Shown: piece by piece, positions 17,196 through 24,000 of the stretch
Layout: the number at the start of each line of letters is the position of its first letter
Numbering within the stretch: position 1 is the first letter of the stretch
Source: Escherichia coli
GTDB taxonomy: Bacteria; Pseudomonadota; Gammaproteobacteria; Enterobacterales; Enterobacteriaceae
Reading direction: 5' to 3' (one strand)
NCBI RefSeq assembly: GCF_002310715.1
Contig: NZ_CP023384.1
DNA: 24,000 bases
The notes under the pieces: generated by a model
What the model was told of the DNA's origin: nothing
The model's input: only the letters and a program-made list of their open reading frames with translations
Database searches by the model: none
Translations under genes and position numbers: made by a program

Positions 17196-17255
17196 TGTTA
17201 AGGTACTTCATGCAGACCTCACGAGTTAATGGATTAACGAGTGGGGTCTTCGCAT
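17196..17255 (+). ncRNA. srnC: SrnC (Sok-like) antisense RNA
   Basis: Promoter TTGACC-N18-TACAAT (17160-17189). Strong hairpin AGACCTCACGAGTTAATGGATTAACGAGTGGGGTCT (17214-17249) antisense to the leader-ORF start. End points approximate. Confidence 0.75.
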
Positions 17256-17483
17256 TTCTGGTACCTGCGTCTTGCCTGAACCAGAAAGGCTCAAACACCC
17301 GCCGCGATAATACCACATTCCCTGTTGCTGACTATTACCCCCATTTGCCTGTTTTTGTTACAAAAACGCCGGGAGCGGGGGAAAACTTACTTTTTCCCGT
17401 TTCCGGGGGGGACAACTGAGCATTGCGAACGCGTCAGCTACGATGTTCCGGTGATTGCTGATCAGCCCCTGTTGTATTCATAA

Positions 17484-17589
17484 ACTAATTAACATTCATT
17501 CTGTCTGGTGCATAAATCTGCCCGTGAACATCTGCAGACAATACCGGCCATGAAAAGATAAATAATACCAGTGGAATATATTTCCTCAT
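17484..17589 (-). pseudogene. Remnant of F-type plasmid thermonuclease/ParB-like nuclease gene
   Basis: Minus strand reads MRKYIPLVL.. then (one frameshift) FSWPVLSADVHGQIYAPDRMNVN*. This joins the signal peptide directly to the distal QVYAPDGMNVN motif, lacking the catalytic middle. Confidence 0.65.
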
Positions 17590-17670
17590 GTTATTCTCCA
17601 TATCAGATAAATGGCACCTGTATTTCAGCCCCCCTGAATATCGCAGCACACATTGAATAAGACCTTATTT

Positions 17671-17686
17671 TGTGAAATTAATCACA
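17671..17686. promoter_or_regulatory. Perfect-consensus CRP/cAMP binding site
   Basis: TGTGAAATTAATCACA matches TGTGA-N6-TCACA, within a longer palindrome ATTTTGTG-N8-CACAAAAT (17667-17690). Confidence 0.65.
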
Positions 17687-17793
17687 AAATATAAAATCGC
17701 GACTTAATACGGAAAAAACTCTGTGCTACTCAGAACTGGCCGGTCATACTGCCCGACCGGATATTAAAAAAAGCAAATCTCATAAACTCCTTT

Positions 17794-17832
17794 CAGCCTT
17801 CTGACTCCTGGAGTAATGAAGGCTGCTTTTTT
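17794..17832 (+). terminator. Hairpin plus U tract on the + strand
   Basis: CAGCCTTC ... GAAGGCTG followed by CTTTTTT. Confidence 0.5.
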
Positions 17833-17834
17833 CG

Positions 17835-18047
17835 TTACACCCTTCCCCGGCAGCGCCGGTGGCAGTGTTCAGCCCTTTTCCGGGCAAACTGTTGCCAGTC
17901 TGTCCGGGGAGCTATGCAGGCAGCCCGTCGCCATGCTTCTGCCGCTTCCATCCAGCGTCCACTGACCTCCAGAATAACGGCCCGCCCGCCGGCACGCTGG
18001 TAACGCCAGACCTGACCGTTCCGTGAACTGTTTCTGAATCCATTCAT
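17835..18047 (-). CDS. ANR-family small regulator-like protein, 70 aa
   Basis: MNGFRNSSRNGQVWRYQRAGGRAVILEVSGRWMEAAEAWRRAACIAPRTDWQQFARKRAEHCHRRCRGRV; the AAEAWRRAACIAPR...W..FA..RAEHC motif is typical, and finO proximity is usual on F-like plasmids. Confidence 0.75.
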   Translation of the reverse strand: MNGFRNSSRNGQVWRYQRAGGRAVILEVSGRWMEAAEAWRRAACIAPRTDWQQFARKRAEHCHRRCRGRV

Positions 18048-18154
18048 TTTTCTGCTCCTCCCTTTTAGTCGTCAGTATTATTGTGGTAAATAATTCAGTG
18101 GACTGGCTTCCTTTCGGGTACGGAAGTTATTTCCTTTTAAGCCTTATTGTTTCA

Positions 18155-18184
18155 GCCTCCCCGGTTTCCGGGGAGGCTTTTTTT
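18155..18184 (+). terminator. Strong hairpin plus U tract, + strand polarity, at the 3' end of finO
   Basis: GCCTCCCC-GGTTTCC-GGGGAGGC followed by TTTTTTT. Confidence 0.7.
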
Positions 18185-18743
18185 ATTTCCCATCAAGCAC
18201 GGCCTGAAGTTCTGCCTTTGTCCGGTTCTGGCGGCGAATTTTCTCCAGACGCCCTGCCGCATACGCTTCCTCCTCCTGAGAAATATGCTCCGTCACATAC
18301 CCTTCCGTGTCATACCGGCAGGCACCGGCTTTCATGGCACACAGATAGCTTTCTGAACGGGTGATGGCCTTCAGCGCCCTGCGCAGTTTTTTATGCGAGA
18401 GCGGGATATTCCGCTGCGCCACGTCTTCCAGTAACACGTCCCGGATACCGCAGGCCAGAAGCCGGGGGGTGTCACCGTCAAATAATCCCGGCCACCAGGG
18501 CTTCAGGGTATTCACGGCCTCATCCAGCGTGGGCAGGTTCAGATAAATGGACAGTGCCTGTCTGGCCTGCGCTTTTTTTGCCGCCAGCTCAGCTTCCCGG
18601 GCCGCTTTCTCCGCCAGCTTCTGCTTTTTCACCTTCCATTTTGGTGGCGTGGTGACATTGATGATGGTTTTCCGGCTGCGGACAGGCGTCTCTCCTTCTG
18701 TTTTCCGCTTCAGTGTCAGTACCGGTCGCTTCTGCTCTGTCAT
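18183..18743 (-). CDS. finO: Conjugal transfer fertility inhibition protein FinO (full length)
   Basis: [99 protein letters not shown]..., intact 186 aa. Confidence 0.97.
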   Translation of the reverse strand: MTEQKRPVLTLKRKTEGETPVRSRKTIINVTTPPKWKVKKQKLAEKAAREAELAAKKAQARQALSIYLNLPTLDEAVNTLKPWWPGLFDGDTPRLLACGIRDVLLEDVAQRNIPLSHKKLRRALKAITRSESYLCAMKAGACRYDTEGYVTEHISQEEEAYAAGRLEKIRRQNRTKAELQAVLDGK

Positions 18744-18797
18744 GCTGTGTTCTGCCTCTGACGAATCATCCTGTTACGGTCAAAGATACCACACCCG

Positions 18798-19544
18798 TTA
18801 CAGCGCCAGAACGCCCAGCACAGCCAGATGACAGGCATAGAACGTCGGGAAAAAATCTCCGGGCCAGAAACGGGGTAATGATTTCCCTGCACAGGACACC
18901 AGACCAACGGTCAGCACCGTCATCACAAGGCCGGCTACAGCCGCCGCATCACTGGTAGCAAGGTTAAGCGCCGGAATCACGGCCAGCAGGCATGCAACCA
19001 GCGCCAGACGTTCCGTTCTGTCTTCCGCCCGGTACAGCCGGTGGCTGACTGCCAGCATCAGCAGCCCGGCAATGCCGTAACTGGTGCCGGAGAAAGGCAA
19101 CCACATTGCCAGAAGCAACATGGTCTCTGCGGAACGCCACCAGGTGCGCGTTTCACACCATGTCAGCACCTGTGCCGCAACTGCAAAGGCAAACAGGATA
19201 TTCCCCTCATACCAGGGAAAGCCGGCCAGATAATATGCGAACTGGGCAATCACCGCCCATCCCCACAGCCGGTTAATGGCCTCCTGCCGGATATGCGTAT
19301 GACGGGACAGATTCAGCCCCCACACCAGGGCAAACAGCGGAAAGGCCCCACGCCCGACCAGAAACATCCACGACTGGTCCAGATGCAGAATGCGGTTTGC
19401 ATGGTCCAGAACCATCAGCACCAGTGCCACCGTTTTGATGATATCCCGCTGTCCGGGTGACCAGACCAGCAACGACTGCAACCAGGTATCGGTCCGGGCA
19501 GCCAGTGAATCATTACGTGTTGTGTTCGTGTTATCCGTTGTCAT
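18798..19544 (-). CDS. traX: TraX, F-pilin N-acetylase (multi-pass membrane protein)
   Basis: 248-aa hydrophobic protein with IIKTVALVLMVLDHANRILHLDQSWMFLVGRGAFPLFALVWG, between traI and finO. Confidence 0.95.
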   Translation of the reverse strand: MTTDNTNTTRNDSLAARTDTWLQSLLVWSPGQRDIIKTVALVLMVLDHANRILHLDQSWMFLVGRGAFPLFALVWGLNLSRHTHIRQEAINRLWGWAVIAQFAYYLAGFPWYEGNILFAFAVAAQVLTWCETRTWWRSAETMLLLAMWLPFSGTSYGIAGLLMLAVSHRLYRAEDRTERLALVACLLAVIPALNLATSDAAAVAGLVMTVLTVGLVSCAGKSLPRFWPGDFFPTFYACHLAVLGVLAL

Positions 19545-19563
19545 CAGCGTTTATCTTCCTGTG

Positions 19564-22500
19564 TCAGTCTCCGCCCAGGGTTTTCTCTTTCTGCAGGTCA
19601 CGAACCATATCCCGCTCCATCTGCTGCAGTCGCTCCTGCAGCAGATTTTCCCGGGCAACCTCCCGGACCGCTTCCCGCACCCGTTGTGGTTCACGCAGTA
19701 CACTCTCCGGCAGCGCGGCTTCCCGTTCAGATATGGCAGACCGGTCACGCTCCAGCCCGGCAATATCCCTGACAGCCTGCTCTGTTTTGCCGTCCGGCAG
19801 GTCAGGTTTGTTCTCTGCCATTTTACGGACAATTTCATCCGCACGGCGTTCCGTTTCACGGCGGATGGCCTCTTCAGCCTGCCGCTGTGCCAGTACCTCT
19901 GCCGTGACCGGTTCGCCATTTCCGGCTCCCGGCTGAACGCTGTTGTCCGGGATATCCCCCCACACGCGACCACCGGTGATGGTTCTGGGATTCCACGGAC
20001 GACCTTCACCGGCGATTCTTACCACCACACCGCTGTCAGGATTATCACGGGCAATCCGGACACCATCCTGCATATTATCAGCCAGCAGGCTCTCTCCGTT
20101 ACGGCTGCCCTGCAGGGCCACGAACTGCGCATCCCCGCTGCCTTTCACCCGGCCTTCACCACTGAAGCCCCGCAGCCCGTTTCCGTCATCCGTGGTCAGC
20201 GGGTTCAGCCAGATACCAGCTGACTTGCCGTTACGGTCAAAAGCCGGCAGTGCCACATACGGCTGCGGATATTTGCGCCCGGGTGCAATAAACCGTGCAG
20301 GACTGTCTCCCCCGGCCAGCCCTGCCTGACGGAGAACGGCACGGCCGGCCACCACGTCCCGCAGCTCCCGCGCCGTACTGAACAGCCGCTCTGCATTCAT
20401 GACCTCCCGGTCCGATTTCGGCTCTAGCACATCGTGGGCAGTTCCTTTCTGTACGGCATTGTTAATGGCATCCGTCCAGCCCTGACGGTTATCGGTATAC
20501 ACCTGCACATGCTGCTTCATACGCGACAGGGCCACGTAGGCTGACTCAAAGCCGGCCATCTGTTTCCGGTTACCTTCCGTGCCTTCAAGCACAATGGCAA
20601 AGGTTTCACTTGCCCCCTGCGCACCGTGGGCGGTGATGGCATAGGCCAGGCCAATATGTTGCTCTGCCCGCTCCTGACCGGGGCGAATCACACGGGTCTG
20701 CTGTCCGTCCGACAGCGTGACACTGTCACCGGAAACCGCTGTCACCGTCCAGACGCTGTTGGCCACATAACCGCGCTCCCGGTCACTCTTCGTGAAGCGC
20801 ATCCGGTCACCGGTTCCCACCCGGATGGTGTCCGGAGTGTACAGTGTGACGCCTTCAGCCACCGCCTCCCGGGGCGAAATCAGCCGCGTGTTACCTTCCG
20901 CATCCTGCAGGGTTATCAGCCCGTCATCCTTGCTGATACCGGCAATCCGGTGATACACATTATCCACCAGGGCAAGTGCGTCCCGATGTGTCTCCCAGGT
21001 GGAGAGACGACGCAACTCCCCGTCGCGTATATTCGCTGTGTTCAGGACAGGCACCATGACCTGCTCTTTTCCCAGCTCACCGGCCTTTTCCCGTGCATCA
21101 TGAATCATGCTGTTCAGTACGCGCCGGTCCTCATTCAGATGCGTGACAATCAGCGTCTGCTCCCGTGCTTCCGGCGTCCTGCCGGTATAGTCGCGGACAA
21201 TGGCTTCATACAGTGTCATGGGAATATCCGGAAAAGCCTCACCTTTCAGCATCGCCTTCTGCTGCGCTTCTGCCAGTTTCGCTTCCTGGCTGTGACTGAA
21301 CTCCGTCACGGAGTGCTCCGGTACCCATGCGCCCTCCTGACGTGGCACCTGAGACGGTTTCACACTCTCAAGCCCGGACAGTGCCCTTTCCACATCCCGG
21401 TTAATCAGGCTGTATACCGCCTCCCGCAGCTCCGGCGTCTGGCGCACAATCTCCTTCATGATGGCCACATCGGCAGCACTGCGCGTCTGCTGGAGACGGA
21501 AAGGCTGACCGGGCGCGATGGCCTGCAACTGGTCCGTGTCACCACTGGCCACGGCACGACCGCCACCGGCCGCAATCAGGGCGTATGCCCGTGCCATGTC
21601 GGTATTGCCCACCATTGAGCTCTCATCGAGCAGGAACAGCGTGTTGCTGAAATCCGGCGTTTCTCCGCTGCGCTGCTGCAGCTGCGTGTCATGCAGAAAG
21701 GACGCCAGTGTCTGTGCATCCACGCCGGCGCTGCGCATCTCCCCGACCGCGCGGTGCGTGGGACCCAGCCCAACGACACGGGGACGCTCACTCTCCGGCA
21801 GCATGTTCACGGCTGACATCACCGCCCGGAACTGTGTGGTCTTACCCACACCGGCATAGCCCTGCACCACCGTGAAACGGTCGGACGTTTCCAGTATCAT
21901 GCGGGTGGCGGCACGCTGTCCTGATGTCAGTTTCTCCATGAGTTCGCCAGGTACTCTCTCCATCAGCGGCGTGACCGCCTCCTTACCTTCGAGAATATGG
22001 CGAAGAATGCTCTTTTCTGCCTCATACGACGCACGGGAAACCAGCAGGCCTGTGCCATAGCCTTTTGCCACATCCACATACAGTAAATCACCGCGTTTTA
22101 TCTGCGCATTGATTTCCCCTCCCAGTTCAGTAAAACTGGTTCCTTCTGCAGCAAACGACTTCGCCTCTGTCAGCAGGTCCACCATGCTGAAGGCCAGGTT
22201 TTTACTTTCCAGCACAGGAAGGGCCAGATGAATAGCCTGCTGTGCCGGCGTGTGAAGCCCGGCTTTCTGCAGACTGATAGCGGTTTCCAGCAATGTCTCA
22301 CCGGCACGCGCCTTTATCTGCTCAGAAACCACCGTAAAGGAGGGATGGCGGGCAAGTTTTTCCGCAGTACGGGTTTCATCCAGTGAGGAATACAGCCGGA
22401 CATCACGACCGCTGCGGGCCAGACCGTTCAGGGTGGCGTTGTCCATTGCCATCTGTGTGACGGAGGCAAAAACCTTCGCACTGTCGCTGACGGAATGCCC

Positions 22501-24000
22501 GGGCGTTTCCACCCAGCCGTTCTCCAGCTTCAGTGCCATGAATGGTGAATCGCTCACAGGCAGGGAAGCCGGTTCAGCCCGCCCCGGCACAACAACCGTC
22601 ATCGCATCTTCACTGACGGATGCCACCTGCAGGCGGTCACCGCCGGAGACGCGGAGTCCGGGAATTTTCCCTGTCACCCTCAGTCGCTCGCCGTCTGCCA
22701 CCGGCATTTTTTCCGGCCGGAACAGCGACCAGCTGCTGTCCAGGGAGGAAATACGCACCACCTGCGTTTCACCCTGCGCATCCCGCAGGGTCAGGCTGTT
22801 ACTCTGCGCCGTCACCCGGTCGATAACATAGCGGTCATGACTGCGTGTCTCCGGGTTCCACTGCTCCATCACCATCCCCGGACGGTACATATCCCGCAGA
22901 TAACGGCTCCGGCTGTCCAGCCAGACCGGCGACAGGGCGGTCATGGTTACCTCCGGGCGTCCGAGCACGCCCTGTGTTTTCAGCTCACTGCGAATGGCCT
23001 GTGTCAGTATGGCCTGTTCCCGTACCCCGCTGACCTGTGCCACGCTCTCTTCTCCGGCTTTCACGCTGGCAGCAAAATCTCCTGCCAGCCGGGCATAGCG
23101 GACATTACGGTCCGGTTCACTGATGATGGTGGCCGGCCGCTGTTCTCCCCCCTGCCAGCGATATGTGTTCACCCCGGCATCTTTCATGGCCATCAGTGCA
23201 CTGCCTGTACCGGTTCGCTGCCCGCTGTCGGTTATCAGGACCTGTACGTTATGACGTGCGGCACCGTCCAGCAGGGTTAACGTCTCTTTCAGGGAGAGTT
23301 TTTCGCCCTGGTCAACGATAACAGTATTGCCCGGCGTGAAGGCCATGCCCTCCTGCAGCTGACGACGTCCGGTTATCAGCTCACCGGACAGCCGTTCATC
23401 CTGCTTCAGGTTCATCTGCGAGCGACGGTCAGCGGCGATAATCTGCACCTCCCGCCCCTGCTCCCGGGCCATCATGACCAGCTCCGCCACCCGCTCACGC
23501 TGCCCGGCTGCACCGCCCTGCCCGGACACAATAGCCAGCGACGGGCGATCCTGTGCCAGAACACTGACCGCATCGCTGTAACCGGCCGTCCGGGGGACAC
23601 TTTTCTCCGGATGTACGGTCACCCGGTTCTGTTTCATGATGTCACGACTGAGTGCCCGGACTGACAGCTCATCGAGCACATGAATCCCGGACGTGAACAG
23701 CCCCTTCTCACGATCGAGGGGGATAAGCTGCTCACGGCTGATGGCCTCATCGATACCGGCGCGTGCCCGTTCAATCACACCATTTTCCGGCGGCAGTATG
23801 CCGACCGTTCTGGCCAGCACGTCCGTGTACGTAAACTGCACTTTGCGTTCACTTAATCCGGCAATGGCCTGTGTCACCGCCTGCTGCACATCCGGCCCGT
23901 CCTGTGAAGCGGGTCCGGGCGTCTGCGTGCGGGTCTCCGCCCGTTGGTCCGCCGCGTCACGATACGCCCGGATGTCGAACCCGGTTTCCTTCAGCGTCTG
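19564..24000 (-). CDS. traI: TraI relaxase/helicase, C-terminal ~1478 residues (partial, N-terminus beyond window)
   Basis: Minus frame stays open from 19564 to the window edge (upstream of the track M: TLKETGFDIRAYRDAADQRAE...). Helicase motif GYAGVGKTTQFRAVMSAV and LGPTHRAV/DESSMVGN motifs; C-terminal LERDMVRDLQKEKTLGGD. Confidence 0.97.
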   Translation of the reverse strand, partial: QTLKETGFDIRAYRDAADQRAETRTQTPGPASQDGPDVQQAVTQAIAGLSERKVQFTYTDVLARTVGILPPENGVIERARAGIDEAISREQLIPLDREKGLFTSGIHVLDELSVRALSRDIMKQNRVTVHPEKSVPRTAGYSDAVSVLAQDRPSLAIVSGQGGAAGQRERVAELVMMAREQGREVQIIAADRRSQMNLKQDERLSGELITGRRQLQEGMAFTPGNTVIVDQGEKLSLKETLTLLDGAARHNVQVLITDSGQRTGTGSALMAMKDAGVNTYRWQGGEQRPATIISEPDRNVRYARLAGDFAASVKAGEESVAQVSGVREQAILTQAIRSELKTQGVLGRPEVTMTALSPVWLDSRSRYLRDMYRPGMVMEQWNPETRSHDRYVIDRVTAQSNSLTLRDAQGETQVVRISSLDSSWSLFRPEKMPVADGERLRVTGKIPGLRVSGGDRLQVASVSEDAMTVVVPGRAEPASLPVSDSPFMALKLENGWVETPGHSVSDSAKVFASVTQMAMDNATLNGLARSGRDVRLYSSLDETRTAEKLARHPSFTVVSEQIKARAGETLLETAISLQKAGLHTPAQQAIHLALPVLESKNLAFSMVDLLTEAKSFAAEGTSFTELGGEINAQIKRGDLLYVDVAKGYGTGLLVSRASYEAEKSILRHILEGKEAVTPLMERVPGELMEKLTSGQRAATRMILETSDRFTVVQGYAGVGKTTQFRAVMSAVNMLPESERPRVVGLGPTHRAVGEMRSAGVDAQTLASFLHDTQLQQRSGETPDFSNTLFLLDESSMVGNTDMARAYALIAAGGGRAVASGDTDQLQAIAPGQPFRLQQTRSAADVAIMKEIVRQTPELREAVYSLINRDVERALSGLESVKPSQVPRQEGAWVPEHSVTEFSHSQEAKLAEAQQKAMLKGEAFPDIPMTLYEAIVRDYTGRTPEAREQTLIVTHLNEDRRVLNSMIHDAREKAGELGKEQVMVPVLNTANIRDGELRRLSTWETHRDALALVDNVYHRIAGISKDDGLITLQDAEGNTRLISPREAVAEGVTLYTPDTIRVGTGDRMRFTKSDRERGYVANSVWTVTAVSGDSVTLSDGQQTRVIRPGQERAEQHIGLAYAITAHGAQGASETFAIVLEGTEGNRKQMAGFESAYVALSRMKQHVQVYTDNRQGWTDAINNAVQKGTAHDVLEPKSDREVMNAERLFSTARELRDVVAGRAVLRQAGLAGGDSPARFIAPGRKYPQPYVALPAFDRNGKSAGIWLNPLTTDDGNGLRGFSGEGRVKGSGDAQFVALQGSRNGESLLADNMQDGVRIARDNPDSGVVVRIAGEGRPWNPRTITGGRVWGDIPDNSVQPGAGNGEPVTAEVLAQRQAEEAIRRETERRADEIVRKMAENKPDLPDGKTEQAVRDIAGLERDRSAISEREAALPESVLREPQRVREAVREVARENLLQERLQQMERDMVRDLQKEKTLGGD

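Noticed and set aside
19941-23280. Plus-strand ORFs up to 330 aa (e.g. 20626..21618, 19390..20223) over traI
   Set aside because: All lie antisense to the intact TraI frame; repetitive composition typical of shadow ORFs in GC-rich coding DNA.
1-24000. CRISPR arrays, tRNA/rRNA genes and complete IS elements
   Set aside because: No regularly spaced repeats, tRNA-like cloverleafs or rRNA motifs and no recognisable intact transposase seen by eye; a dedicated scan would be needed for certainty.

Overview
This window is a segment of an F-like (RepFIIA-type) plasmid. From right to left it carries the distal transfer region (traI partial, traX, finO, an ANR-type small regulator), a Hok-family srnB/SrnC locus, and an IncFII-type replicon (copB, CopA antisense RNA, tap, repA, oriR with a DnaA box). 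Left of the replicon is a mosaic accessory region of about 8-9 kb, then a ParE/ParD-like toxin-antitoxin pair, a DUF1173-like gene, and the 5' part of the colicin Ia gene (cia), which runs off the left edge on the minus strand and is missing from the supplied ORF track. The most interesting candidate is an accessory island beside oriR. It contains a two-gene operon (a 363-aa protein with a ribbon-helix-helix-like N-terminus, then a KAP-family P-loop NTPase) convergent with a TrlF-like PHP-nuclease/SMC-like ATPase. Decayed fragments (TIR-like C-terminus, DUF4238-like, pRiA4b ORF-3-like, yacA) surround it, which looks like a defence-type island. A second notable feature is a 160-aa winged-helix RepA-like ORF between tap and repA, occupying the translationally coupled position normally held by RepA1. 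All family assignments are from recognition by eye; no database search was run.
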